Part shown: piece after piece, positions 22,021 to 31,517 of the stretch
How the letters are laid out: each line of letters begins with the position of its first letter
Position numbering within the stretch: position 1 is the first letter of the stretch
Source of the DNA: a virus
Virus record (IMG/VR): IMGVR_UViG_3300045988_065468
Location: 1 to 47,284 of that record
DNA length: 47,284 nucleotides
Direction: 5' to 3' (one strand)
Notes under the pieces: generated by a model
The model's input: the letters and a program-made list of their open reading frames with translations, nothing else
Database searches by the model: none
What the model was told of the DNA's origin: nothing
Made by a program: the position numbers and the translations under genes

Positions 22021-22939
22021 TAGTAAATTAGTAAATCATATTCATATTTCACCGAACAGAACAAGTCCAAGGCGAAACAGAATTGATAGAATCACAATAC
22101 ATCACATGGCAGGAAACCTTACCGTTGAGACTTGTGGTAATGTATTCGCACCTAGAGGACGACAAGCATCATCCAATTATGGTATTGGTTCGGATGGAAG
22201 AGTAGGAATGTATGTGGAAGAAAAAGATAGAGCGTGGACTTCATCGTCTGGTGCGAACGACCACAGAGCAGTTACAATTGAAGTCGCAGACAATGTAATT
22301 GGAAATGGTTGGGGGTGTAGTAATGCCGCAATGAGCAAGTTAATTCTTTTATGTGCTGACATCTGTAGAAGAAATGGTATTAATCGCCTTACATACACAG
22401 GAAACACAAATGGAAATCTTACTTTGCACAAATGGTTTGCGGCTACAGATTGTCCGGGTGCATTCCTCGAAAGGCTGATGCCAACAATTGCAAATGAAGT
22501 TAATCATTTGTTAGTAAGTGGTGCAACAACATATACATGGAAAGGCGCAACAGCAACAATTCCAAGCGGCAGACCAACAAAGCCACAGCCTTCAAAAACA
22601 AATGCAATTGCAGTAGATGGTAGTTGGGGAATTGCAACAACAAGGAAAGCACAACAAGTATTTGGAACAATCCAAGATGGAGTTATCAGTAATCAGCCAA
22701 TATACAATAAGCAGTTTTTACCGAATGCTTACACAGGTAGTTGGCAATTCAAACAGAATGGCATTAAAGCAGGTTCACAGTTGATTAAAGCAATTCAAGT
22801 GCGTATTGGTGTAAGTCACGATGGTTGGTTTGGTAAACAGTCCGTAATGGCGTTACAGCGTTTCTTAGGGGTATCACAAGATGGTAGCATGGGTGGTATC
22901 ACTGTTAGGGCGTTTCAGCGTTGGTTGAACAAACAATAA
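22013..22939 (+). CDS. Endolysin: N-acetylmuramoyl-L-alanine amidase (Amidase_2/PGRP) with C-terminal PG_binding_1-like repeats
   Basis: ITIHHMAG, SSNYGIGSDGRVGMYVEEKDRAWTS, NDHRAVTIEV. The C-terminus has three repeats: VDGSWGIATTRKAQQVFG, HDGWFGKQSVMALQRFLG, QDGSMGGITVRAFQRWL. Confidence 0.85.
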   Translation: MSNSKLVNHIHISPNRTSPRRNRIDRITIHHMAGNLTVETCGNVFAPRGRQASSNYGIGSDGRVGMYVEEKDRAWTSSSGANDHRAVTIEVADNVIGNGWGCSNAAMSKLILLCADICRRNGINRLTYTGNTNGNLTLHKWFAATDCPGAFLERLMPTIANEVNHLLVSGATTYTWKGATATIPSGRPTKPQPSKTNAIAVDGSWGIATTRKAQQVFGTIQDGVISNQPIYNKQFLPNAYTGSWQFKQNGIKAGSQLIKAIQVRIGVSHDGWFGKQSVMALQRFLGVSQDGSMGGITVRAFQRWLNKQ

Positions 22940-22950
22940 ACAAAACAAAT

Positions 22951-23055
22951 GGAAGAAAGCATTACCTTAAAGATGATTGTGTGATTGCTTGTAATGAAAC
23001 AATGACAATCAGTGAAAAAGAATATACATTTGGTGCAAGTGGCGCATTGGTGTAA
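22951..23055 (+). pseudogene. Relic of a cell-wall-binding (CW_binding_1-type) repeat downstream of the endolysin
   Basis: Frame +1 reads NGRKHYLKDDCVIACNETMTISEKEYTFGASGALV*. This resembles the NGKWYYL..dG.m..GW..i.GK.YYF...GA(M/L)v repeat. It has no start or RBS. Confidence 0.35.
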
Positions 23056-23061
23056 GGAATT

Positions 23062-23084
23062 GGCGGCAATAAGCCGCCTTTTTC
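23062..23084 (+). terminator. Intrinsic terminator
   Basis: ggcggc-aataa-gccgcc followed by ttttt. Confidence 0.8.
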
Positions 23085-23087
23085 TTG

Positions 23088-23116
23088 TTGACAGAATAAA
23101 ATTGTTATGTTAGAAT
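23088..23116 (+). promoter_or_regulatory. SigA-type promoter (TTGACA-N17-TAGAAT, TGn)
   Basis: cTTGTTGACAgaataaaattgttatgtTAGAATaaaa. Confidence 0.55.
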
Positions 23117-23141
23117 AAAATAAAAGAAAGGAGGAAAGGCA

Positions 23142-24728
23142 TTGGCAGTAAAGAAACAGTACAATGTTGAGGTAACAAGAGCGTTGGCTAGTTTTCCCTA
23201 TTTTGTTTTAAAGAAAGAAATAACAACAGGGTACAATCTGTATACAAGAGAGTTGCTAGAAATAAAACAAAACTATCTGGATTATAAAAAGGGAGCAGAG
23301 TTTTATACAGAAGGAAGTAGCGGAGATTATCAGCCGTCAAACATTCGTTTTAAGATTGCTAAAACATTGATTGACAAAGAAGCACGTTTCATGTTTTCAC
23401 AGACACCAGATGTTACAATCCAGTCTGTTGATACAAATAAAGAACAGATGAAACAAGTTGAGCAGTACCAGATGCTGATTGATAAAGTATTGAAGAATAA
23501 AAAGAACAATTTTTCAAGAACATTATTACAGAGTGCGAAGGATTGCTTTATAGGAAAACGTGTTGCATGTTTGGTGGATTTTTCCGAAGAAGATGGAATA
23601 CAGACACATTTCTATAACAGTTTACAGTTTTATTATGAAACAGAGTACGGCTCTGACAGGTTGACGAAGTTTATCAGTTTTGAAAATGTTAATCAAACAA
23701 AGTCAACACAAGAAAGACTGTACCTTGTGAATCGGTATGAAGAAAAAGACGGAACAATTTATATGAGTTCTATTCTTTACAATGGAACTGGAAAGGAACA
23801 GGAGATTGTAATACCAGAACAGGAAATAGAGTTAGATTATATTCCTGCTGTTGTGATTATCAATGATGGAACATTAGAGGACAAAAGAGGTGTTTCAGAA
23901 ATTGAGAGCCTTACAGAGTATGAATCTGGTTACAGCAGACTAGGGAATGGAGATATTGACAGTGAGCGTAAGGGAATGAACCCAATCCGTTATACTGTGG
24001 ATATGAACTCGCAGACAACAAAGAACCTTAGTTCTGGTGCTGGTGCTTATTGGGATTTGAAATCAGAACAAAACCAGAACAATGTTTCGCCACAGGTGGG
24101 AACACTAGCACCGAGTATGAATCATACAGAACCAGTGAAGGTTACGCTTGACCGATTGAAAACAACCATGTACAATGAAATTGATATGCCAAACATATCA
24201 GAAGAAACAATGACAGGAACAATCACAAGCGGAAAGGCATTGAAAGCACTATATTATCCGTTACAGGTTCGATGTGATGAAAAACTAAAGGCATGGAAAC
24301 CTGCGATAGAGTTTATTGCAGAAGCAATCATTGACCTTGCTGTGTTAAACAAAGCAGAAGTGATTTCCATGTATGTTCTTACAAGTCTGGATGAAGTACA
24401 GTACAACATTGAAGTGATGGAGAATTATGCACTTGCAGAAGATGAAGAAGAAGAGAAGAACTCAGACCTTGCAGAGATTGCGGCAAATGCACGAAGCAGG
24501 AAGTCTTACATTAAGAAGTGGAGACGGTCAGAGTTCAAAACAGATGCACAGATTGATGAAGAGTTGATGCAGATAGCAATTGAAAACAATATGTTTGATT
24601 CTATGAGTATGAACACACAGATACAGACAGAATTGAGCAGACGTGGAGTATCTGAAAAGGTTGACGATAATCTGGAAGTGATTGACACACAGAAAACATT
24701 GGAAGAAACACAAGCAATTGAAGAATAG
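23142..24728 (+). CDS. Portal protein (SPP1 gp6-like, by size and position)
   Basis: 528 aa. TTG start follows aaaggaggaaagg. It lies directly upstream of the MuF/gp7-like gene and has an acidic C-terminus. Confidence 0.65.
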   Translation: MAVKKQYNVEVTRALASFPYFVLKKEITTGYNLYTRELLEIKQNYLDYKKGAEFYTEGSSGDYQPSNIRFKIAKTLIDKEARFMFSQTPDVTIQSVDTNKEQMKQVEQYQMLIDKVLKNKKNNFSRTLLQSAKDCFIGKRVACLVDFSEEDGIQTHFYNSLQFYYETEYGSDRLTKFISFENVNQTKSTQERLYLVNRYEEKDGTIYMSSILYNGTGKEQEIVIPEQEIELDYIPAVVIINDGTLEDKRGVSEIESLTEYESGYSRLGNGDIDSERKGMNPIRYTVDMNSQTTKNLSSGAGAYWDLKSEQNQNNVSPQVGTLAPSMNHTEPVKVTLDRLKTTMYNEIDMPNISEETMTGTITSGKALKALYYPLQVRCDEKLKAWKPAIEFIAEAIIDLAVLNKAEVISMYVLTSLDEVQYNIEVMENYALAEDEEEEKNSDLAEIAANARSRKSYIKKWRRSEFKTDAQIDEELMQIAIENNMFDSMSMNTQIQTELSRRGVSEKVDDNLEVIDTQKTLEETQAIEE

Positions 24729-24729
24729 T

Positions 24730-24757
24730 TGTTGACATTCTTTGCAAATGTGGTATA
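24730..24757 (+). promoter_or_regulatory. SigA-type promoter (TTGACA-N16-TATAAT, TGn)
   Basis: gtTTGACAttctttgcaaatgtggTATAATtgaag. Confidence 0.55.
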
Positions 24758-24786
24758 ATTGAAGTATAAAAACAAGGCGGTGAAGT

Positions 24787-25755
24787 ATGGCAAAACAAAA
24801 GTTCAGTTTGAAAAATGCAGAACAGGTCAGACAAACAACCACCATGTCACAACAGAAAGAAATCAAAAGGTTATATGAACAGTTATACCAAGATGTGACA
24901 AGGAAGGTTGGACAATTAGGAAACAATAATTTACAGAAACAAAACTTGATATTGTTACAGCGTGACATCAAGAATAGGATTGCACAGTTGAACAATGACA
25001 TACAGAATGGAATCATTAGAGATATGCGGATAGTTTCCAATGAAGTTGTGGAAGATACAAGAACATTTCTAAAACAATGTGGTTTTCGTGATGAAGATAT
25101 ACACAATGCGTTTAGTTATGTTCCAGACCAGATTATCAGAAACATCACAAGCGGAAATGTATATCAAGATGGCTGGACATTGAGCAGTGCTATCTGGGGG
25201 CACAACAAACGAGTGCAGGATGATTTAAGCAAGATTATATCTTTTGGAACAGCGCAAGGTAAATCAGCAGTTGAGATAGCGAAAGAGTTAGAACGGTATG
25301 TTGACCCTAGTGCAAGGAAACAAGCAAAAACAATTCAATCATGGAGATATGACAAAGCAGGAAACAAGATAAAAGACAGTGTATATTTTGGAAAGATTGA
25401 TTACAATGCGTTACGATTGGCTCGAACAATGATAAGTCATGCGTATCAACAGAGTTTTGAAAATGTAAATAGAAATGACCCGTTTGTTATTGGATATAGG
25501 TGGTTAACCTCTAATTTCCATGGAAGAGTGTGCGAGATATGCAGAGCAAGGGCAGAAACAGACCAGTTTGGTTTGGGTGTGGGAGTGTTCCCCAAAGACC
25601 AGTTACCATTAGACCATCCAAATGGTATGTGCACATTTGAAGCGGTGATACCAGACAGCATGACAGATATAGCAAGAAAAATAGGACAGTGGTATCAAGC
25701 ACCGATTGGAACATATCCAGACATAGACAGATATGCGTTGGATTTTGTTGCATAA
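24787..25755 (+). CDS. Head morphogenesis protein (Mu F / SPP1 gp7 family)
   Basis: YRWLTSNFHGRVCEICRARAE...LPLDHPNGMCTFEAV matches the F..w.t....vC..C...dG...HPNC.C signature region. Confidence 0.75.
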   Translation: MAKQKFSLKNAEQVRQTTTMSQQKEIKRLYEQLYQDVTRKVGQLGNNNLQKQNLILLQRDIKNRIAQLNNDIQNGIIRDMRIVSNEVVEDTRTFLKQCGFRDEDIHNAFSYVPDQIIRNITSGNVYQDGWTLSSAIWGHNKRVQDDLSKIISFGTAQGKSAVEIAKELERYVDPSARKQAKTIQSWRYDKAGNKIKDSVYFGKIDYNALRLARTMISHAYQQSFENVNRNDPFVIGYRWLTSNFHGRVCEICRARAETDQFGLGVGVFPKDQLPLDHPNGMCTFEAVIPDSMTDIARKIGQWYQAPIGTYPDIDRYALDFVA

Positions 25756-25795
25756 CAAAGAAAAAGAAAGAAAGAACAGAAAGGAGAACAAACAG

Positions 25796-26209
25796 GTGAA
25801 AGTCCAGAGAGTTTGCAGAAAGTGTGGAGAGGTCAACGAGATTGATTCTAGCAATTTGATTCGTGCAGATGTGTATGACGAAGAAGGAACATACTATAAA
25901 ATCATGTATTGTGATTGCAAGCGTTGTGGAGAGCGTGACGTGGTGCAGATTGACAACACAGAGACATTAGGAATGTTCCGAAAGTTGAAGGATTTGACAA
26001 TCAAGGTTGCGAGAAAGAATGTGAAGGGCGAAACAGTTAGTCCGAAGGATGTTCGCAAAAAAGACAAGTGGATGAAAGAGCTACGAAGAAAAAGAGAAGA
26101 TTTAAATGAACTGTGTAGCGGAAAAAAATTATTTGACGAAAATAAAAAAGTTGTAGTGGAACAGTTGACATTTTCAAAGGTTGGTGATATAATTGAAAGT
26201 AACTTGTGA
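25796..26209 (+). CDS. Zn-ribbon protein (137 aa), paralog of the next ORF
   Basis: GTG follows aaaggagaac. CRKCGE...CKRCGE is followed by a basic coiled coil. Confidence 0.5.
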   Translation: MKVQRVCRKCGEVNEIDSSNLIRADVYDEEGTYYKIMYCDCKRCGERDVVQIDNTETLGMFRKLKDLTIKVARKNVKGETVSPKDVRKKDKWMKELRRKREDLNELCSGKKLFDENKKVVVEQLTFSKVGDIIESNL

Positions 26210-26522
26210 TAGATGTCATAAGGAATTTGACAACATATTGAAGGAGAAGGAAAAACAGATTGATGGGAAATGTATCATACGAACATACATTGAATGTCCG
26301 CATTGTGGAGAACAATACAATGTTTGTTATGATAGCCAGTCTACGTTGGTTTTAAAGAAACAGATTCGCAGACATACAGCAATGTTAGGAACAATCAAAG
26401 ATGAAAACCAGTACAGAAGAAAGTCAAAAGATATTGAGAAGAAACAAAAACGGTTAGAAAGAGAAATGAAAATCTTGCAGACAAAGTATTGCAAATATTT
26501 TGAAGAAGAAAGGAAAGGTTAG
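26193..26522 (+). CDS. Zn-ribbon protein (109 aa), paralog of the previous ORF
   Basis: TTG start. CDRCHKE...CPHCGEQ is followed by a basic coiled coil. Confidence 0.5.
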   Translation: MKVTCDRCHKEFDNILKEKEKQIDGKCIIRTYIECPHCGEQYNVCYDSQSTLVLKKQIRRHTAMLGTIKDENQYRRKSKDIEKKQKRLEREMKILQTKYCKYFEEERKG

Positions 26523-26526
26523 AACA

Positions 26527-27201
26527 ATGGCAGAAGAAGTAAAAGGAACGGAAGGACAGCAGGGAACAGAAGGAACACAGAATCAGCAGACACAGCAGAG
26601 TACACAACAGCAGACAACAGAAACAAAGACAGAACCAAAGGTTGATGTTGAAAAGGTGAAAAGCGAAGCGTTATCTGGATTTCTGAAAGAACTCGGAGTT
26701 GAGGACGCAGAAGCGCTTAGGGGAATCGTAACAAAACACAAAGAGGATGAGAACAAGAACAAAACAGAGTTGGAAAGAAAGAATGATACTCTGACGCAGA
26801 CAACAAAAGAGTTGGCAGAGGAACGTGAAGCAAGAATCATTGCAGAAGCGAAGTTCTCAGCAGTTCAGTTAGGAGCAAAACCAGAGTTGGTAGAAGATTT
26901 GGTTATTATTGCAAAATCAAAGGTTACGAAAGAAAAGGATATCAATGCGGTTATTGCAGAGATTAAGGATAGTGCTTCTGGAAAAGTATATTTCAAGTCT
27001 GATGAGGAAGAAGAAACAGAAGAAAAAGGAAAGAACAAGAACAAAACAGTTACGAGAGCAAGAGTAACAAAACCGTCCGAGAAATCTGGAACAAAGAAAG
27101 AAGAAAAGGACGGTACGGAAACAAAGGAAGAACACAAAGGTTCTATGGCTGAACGTCTGTTAGCAGGACGTAAAACAAACAAAAGCCATTATTTCAAATA
27201 G
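26527..27201 (+). CDS. Scaffolding protein (putative)
   Basis: ATG at 26527. The protein is Q/E/K-rich and helical, and lies upstream of the decoration and capsid genes. Confidence 0.55.
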   Translation: MAEEVKGTEGQQGTEGTQNQQTQQSTQQQTTETKTEPKVDVEKVKSEALSGFLKELGVEDAEALRGIVTKHKEDENKNKTELERKNDTLTQTTKELAEEREARIIAEAKFSAVQLGAKPELVEDLVIIAKSKVTKEKDINAVIAEIKDSASGKVYFKSDEEEETEEKGKNKNKTVTRARVTKPSEKSGTKKEEKDGTETKEEHKGSMAERLLAGRKTNKSHYFK

Positions 27202-27213
27202 GAGGTAGAAACA

Positions 27214-27600
27214 ATGCTGAACAATACAGGTATTAAGAAAGAAACTTATGGTTCTGGGAATCAGATTCTTTTTGCAGTAGAACATCAAGTATCTATGGGA
27301 ATCGTGGTAGACCAGACAGTAGGAGTAGCAGAGGGAACAAAGAAGATTGCAAAGGCAGGAACACCGATTACTGGAAACCTTGATGCAAGGGAGACAGCAT
27401 TCACGGCGGCTACAACCTCAGAAGGTTCAGATGCAGTGGGAATCTTGCTACATGATGTTGATGTAACGGTCGGGGATAATAACGGTGCAATCCTGTTATT
27501 TGGGTTTGTAAACACAAACAGAATTGACGAAACAACAAAAGCAAAGATTACAGCAGACGTAAAAAAGGCACTGCCTATGATTAAGTTTGCGGCTTGCTAA
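27214..27600 (+). CDS. Head decoration protein (lambda gpD-like, putative)
   Basis: 128 aa, directly before the gpE-like capsid gene. AKAGTPITGNL...DAVGILLHDVDVT..NGAILLFGFVN resembles the gpD-family pattern. Confidence 0.45.
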   Translation: MLNNTGIKKETYGSGNQILFAVEHQVSMGIVVDQTVGVAEGTKKIAKAGTPITGNLDARETAFTAATTSEGSDAVGILLHDVDVTVGDNNGAILLFGFVNTNRIDETTKAKITADVKKALPMIKFAAC

Positions 27601-27624
27601 AACAAAGAAGGGAGAAACAAAACA

Positions 27625-28659
27625 ATGAGTATTTACGATTTAATTATCAGCGAAGAGGTTGTTGCGTATTGGGAACTGCTTACACAGGAGAGAGAGCCAT
27701 ACATGGGTGAAGAGTTGTTTCCAGACGACAAGAAGTTAGGGCTTGACCTTAAATGGTTAAAGGGTTCAAATGGACTTCCTGTTGTTCTGAAAGCGTCTGC
27801 GTTTGATGTTGCGGCTATTCCTCGTCCGAGAATTGGATTTGAGAAGTTAAGCGCACAGATGCCGTTTTTTAAGGAATCAAAGTACATTGATGAGGAATTG
27901 AGACAGGAACTCAACAAAGTTATCGAGAGTAACAATCAGGCGTATATTGACGCAGTTGTAAACAGAATCTTTAATGATGAAATGGATTTATTAGAGGGTG
28001 CGGCGGCACAGAGAGAGCGTATGCGTATGATGGCTCTTACAACTGGAACAATTGTCATGGAAGGCAATGGACAGGTTTATGAGTATGATTATCAGATGCC
28101 AGAAGACCACAAAGTAACTGTAACAAAGTCATGGAGTGACCCGACAGCAACAATTATGGAGGACATTAGAAAAGGAATCCAGAAGATACAGGATGATACA
28201 GGAGTAACAGTAGAGAGGGCAACTTGTTCTTCCAAAGTGTTTGGTTATTTCCGCATCAACAATGAGATTAAGGCATCCATCATGGTGCTTACAGATGGCG
28301 CAGGGTTTATCTCTGATGCAAAAATCAAACAGTACATTGCAGATGAACTTGGCTTACAGATTGTTGTAAATGACAAGCGTTACAAGGATGAAAAAGGAAC
28401 AGCACAGAGATATGTTGCAGATGATGTGTTTGTTATGTTCCCAACAGGACAGTTAGGAAATACATGGTTTGGAACAACACCAGAAGAATCAGACCTTATG
28501 ACAGGAAGTGTTGCAAATGTAGCAATCACTGACACAGGTGTTGCGGTAACAACGATTCAGAAAGCAGACCCAGTAACAGTTGAAACAAAGGTAACAATGA
28601 TTTGTCTGCCAGATTTCCCGACAGCAGACCAAGTTTACATCGCTGATGTAATTGCGTAA
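27625..28659 (+). CDS. Major capsid protein (lambda gpE-like family, putative)
   Basis: 344 aa. Strong RBS gggagaaac. The position and size are typical of the gpD/gpE gene pair. Confidence 0.7.
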   Translation: MSIYDLIISEEVVAYWELLTQEREPYMGEELFPDDKKLGLDLKWLKGSNGLPVVLKASAFDVAAIPRPRIGFEKLSAQMPFFKESKYIDEELRQELNKVIESNNQAYIDAVVNRIFNDEMDLLEGAAAQRERMRMMALTTGTIVMEGNGQVYEYDYQMPEDHKVTVTKSWSDPTATIMEDIRKGIQKIQDDTGVTVERATCSSKVFGYFRINNEIKASIMVLTDGAGFISDAKIKQYIADELGLQIVVNDKRYKDEKGTAQRYVADDVFVMFPTGQLGNTWFGTTPEESDLMTGSVANVAITDTGVAVTTIQKADPVTVETKVTMICLPDFPTADQVYIADVIA

Positions 28660-28673
28660 AGGGAGGTAATGAC

Positions 28674-28976
28674 ATGGCAATGGTAACAGCAAGACGAGGA
28701 CAGCACACAGTAAAGGTAAGCAAACGCTCTTATGAAACACTGTTCAGAAACAAGGGTTATAGAATTGTAGAAGATGAAAAAGACATGGATGCAGAACAGA
28801 TTGTTGATTATGGAGAACCAGAGGAACAGGAAATTGGAACAGTTCCAATTTCTGAAATGAACAAAGAACAGTTAGCAGAGTATGCGAAAGAGCATAACAT
28901 TGACACTTCTGGTGCAAGAAATGTTCGGGAAGCAAGACAGATTATCCAGAAAGCAATCAGAGAAGCGAAGATGTAG
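28674..28976 (+). CDS. Small protein with a HeH/Rho-N-like motif (100 aa)
   Basis: MNKEQLAEYAKEHNIDTSGARNVREARQIIQKAI. Confidence 0.5.
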   Translation: MAMVTARRGQHTVKVSKRSYETLFRNKGYRIVEDEKDMDAEQIVDYGEPEEQEIGTVPISEMNKEQLAEYAKEHNIDTSGARNVREARQIIQKAIREAKM

Positions 28977-28987
28977 CAGAAAGGGAG

Positions 28988-29245
28988 GTGAACAGATTGG
29001 ATAAGTTAGAACAGTTAAAATTCAATCTAAGGGAAAAACAAATTCCTTATTTTGAAGAATCAGAGTTACAGGCATTATTGGACAACAATGGTGGGGATGT
29101 GAACAAAGCGAGTTATGAAGGGTTGATTTTAAAAGCCGAAACAACAGGCTTGAATGTCAGCGGATTGACTACGAAGGATAGTTCTAGTTATTTCAAAATG
29201 TTAGCTTCCCGATATGTTTCTACGAACAGTGGGGTGCTGACATAA
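28988..29245 (+). CDS. Head-tail connector protein (putative)
   Basis: 85 aa with a GTG start. Called from its position after the capsid gene. Confidence 0.4.
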   Translation: MNRLDKLEQLKFNLREKQIPYFEESELQALLDNNGGDVNKASYEGLILKAETTGLNVSGLTTKDSSSYFKMLASRYVSTNSGVLT

Positions 29246-29628
29246 TGAATGAAGCAAGGTTGAGGATGGAACTCCACAAGGTTTTGAGAGAAATACAGAT
29301 ACATGGAACAGAGTATACATTCTTACGAAAAAAGGTTGATAAGTATGGAGAGCCAACAAAAGAAGAACCAGAACAAATTGCAAAGGTTCAAGGGTTGTTC
29401 CATATATCAAAAGGATATATAACACAGAACATACAAGATGGAACAAAGACACACAGCAAAGGACAGCCAATGCTGATGGTTGCATATGAGAACACAGGAG
29501 AGATTCAGACGGATGATTTTTTCATCACAAATGGAAACAAATATAAGGTAGTAGAAAAGAACAACACACAGGAGTATAACATAGTAACAGACATTTCATT
29601 GGAGTTGGTGTTAGATGGCAGGAATTAA
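29245..29628 (+). CDS. Head-closure / head-tail adaptor (putative)
   Basis: 127 aa with an overlapping start. Called from position. Confidence 0.4.
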   Translation: MNEARLRMELHKVLREIQIHGTEYTFLRKKVDKYGEPTKEEPEQIAKVQGLFHISKGYITQNIQDGTKTHSKGQPMLMVAYENTGEIQTDDFFITNGNKYKVVEKNNTQEYNIVTDISLELVLDGRN

Positions 29629-29971
29629 GATTGATGCTTCAAAGTTGTTAGCAAATCTGGAAAATGCTGAAACAAAGTCGCAAGTTGCTATTCGTATGTT
29701 TGCGCAAGAGGGTGCAAAGAAGTTTGAGAACTATGCGAAGAGGAATAGACCTTGGACAGACAGAACAGGTCATGCAAGACAACGATTAACAGGATGGGTG
29801 GAAGTGCTAACAAACAAAGTGCGAATCCACATTGGACATGGTGTTGATTATGGTGTATATTTAGAGTTATGCCATGAAAAGCGTTATGCGATTTTACAAC
29901 CAACAGTGAATGCATTGTCCAAAGAAGTGTTGGAAGGGTACAAAGAATTAATGAGGTATATGAAGCCATGA
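29615..29971 (+). CDS. HK97 gp10-like tail-completion protein (putative)
   Basis: AKRNRPWTDRTGHARQRLTG resembles the gp10-family dTG.lr.s motif. Confidence 0.45.
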   Translation: MAGIKIDASKLLANLENAETKSQVAIRMFAQEGAKKFENYAKRNRPWTDRTGHARQRLTGWVEVLTNKVRIHIGHGVDYGVYLELCHEKRYAILQPTVNALSKEVLEGYKELMRYMKP

Positions 29972-30330
29972 GCAGTGTTTTAAAAACAATTCGTGATGTG
30001 TTAGAAAAGGATGGAACAACAGCTGTATTCTTTCCATCACAACACAAAGGGGAATGTCTGAAAGAATACATTGTTATAAAATCAGATGGAACAATAGAAG
30101 AAACAACAGTGTCGAGTGAAAGACCAATCTATACGTTGTTATGCTATGTTCCACAGGATGAATACAGCAGATTAGAAACCCTTGTTGCAGAAACAAAACA
30201 GAAGATGAAAGAAGTATTCCCACTTGTTATGTATATCGGAAATGAAACACCAAGTTTTTATGATGATGATGTAAAAGGTCACATGATAAGTTTCCAGTAT
30301 CAAGGGTGCAGAAAGTTAGAAAATTGGTAA
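29968..30330 (+). CDS. Tail terminator (putative)
   Basis: 120 aa. Called from position, with overlapping start and stop. Confidence 0.35.
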   Translation: MSSVLKTIRDVLEKDGTTAVFFPSQHKGECLKEYIVIKSDGTIEETTVSSERPIYTLLCYVPQDEYSRLETLVAETKQKMKEVFPLVMYIGNETPSFYDDDVKGHMISFQYQGCRKLENW

Positions 30331-30343
30331 GGAGGTAAAACAA

Positions 30344-31045
30344 ATGCCTAGAACAAAGAAAAAAGCAGTCGGTATTCCTACGATTGATGTTTCGCTCGTT
30401 GTTGTAAGGACAGGAACGGAAGATGATGGTTTAGAGATTGCAGTTGATACGGCGAATAAGATTGGAGTAGAACCGCAGACAGAAACAACCGATGCTGTTA
30501 AGTTGGTGAAGTTAGGAAGGCTGTTAGCGCAGAAGCCTGCTGAAACAACAATTACAGGGCATCAGATTACATTAACAGATAATGTGTTTATTCCAGAACT
30601 TGTACAGATTTTCCAAGGTGGAACAATCGATGGTGAAGGAGAAACACTTGTTTATACACCGCCAGTTGCAGGAAGTTCAGAAAAAGGGAAGGTATTTGAA
30701 CTCGATTGTTATTCTGCGGAGTATGATGCAAGTGGACAAATTGTGAAGTATGAGAAGATTACATATCCAAATTGTCAAGGAACACCAATTACAATTAATA
30801 CAGAAGATGGTGTGTTCCGACTTCCAGAGTATGTTATTAACTCAGCACCGAAAACAGGAGAAGCACCTTACAAGATTAGTTATGTGAAAACATTACCGTC
30901 TTTTCCTAGTTCCTCTTCCGTAAATACCGCAAGTGTGATGGCGTTGTCAGACAGTGAAGAGGATAGCGCAACTGCTCTTATGAGTGGAGAAGCAGAAACA
31001 GGTCTGACGGAGAGTGATATTACAACAGAATTAAAAACAAAATAG
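30344..31045 (+). CDS. Major tail protein (putative)
   Basis: 233 aa. RBS is aaggaggt. It lies upstream of the chaperone pair and the tape measure gene. Confidence 0.55.
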   Translation: MPRTKKKAVGIPTIDVSLVVVRTGTEDDGLEIAVDTANKIGVEPQTETTDAVKLVKLGRLLAQKPAETTITGHQITLTDNVFIPELVQIFQGGTIDGEGETLVYTPPVAGSSEKGKVFELDCYSAEYDASGQIVKYEKITYPNCQGTPITINTEDGVFRLPEYVINSAPKTGEAPYKISYVKTLPSFPSSSSVNTASVMALSDSEEDSATALMSGEAETGLTESDITTELKTK

Positions 31046-31072
31046 AACAAAGAGTAAAAGGAGAATAAAAAC

Positions 31073-31495
31073 ATGGCAGGAACGAAAACAAAAAAAGAAA
31101 CAGTAGCAACCGTAACATCAATTGAGGAATTGAAACAGTATTCAAATGGAACAGTGGTAGAACTTCCTTGTTTTGCAGAAGGACAACCTTTTGTTGCGAG
31201 ATTGAAAAGACCATCACTTCTGGGAATGGTTAAACAGGGAAAGATACCAAACACATTGCTTGTTCGTGCAAATGAATTATTTGTACAGGATGGAACGGGG
31301 TTTGACCCAGATGAACAGGATATGATGTCGCAGATGTTTGATGTGTTAGAGTTGATGGCAAAAGAAACATTTATTGAGCCAACATATTCTGAAATCAAAG
31401 AAGCAGGAATTGAGTTGACGGATGAACAGATGATGTTCATTTTCAACTATGCACAGCAGGGGGTAAAGGCATTAGAATCCTTTCGTACAGAGTAG
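31073..31495 (+). CDS. Tail assembly chaperone (gpG-like)
   Basis: 140 aa and acidic, lying between the major tail and tape measure genes. Confidence 0.55.
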   Translation: MAGTKTKKETVATVTSIEELKQYSNGTVVELPCFAEGQPFVARLKRPSLLGMVKQGKIPNTLLVRANELFVQDGTGFDPDEQDMMSQMFDVLELMAKETFIEPTYSEIKEAGIELTDEQMMFIFNYAQQGVKALESFRTE

Positions 31496-31517
31496 GAAAA
31501 TAGAGAGCGTCCTCGCT

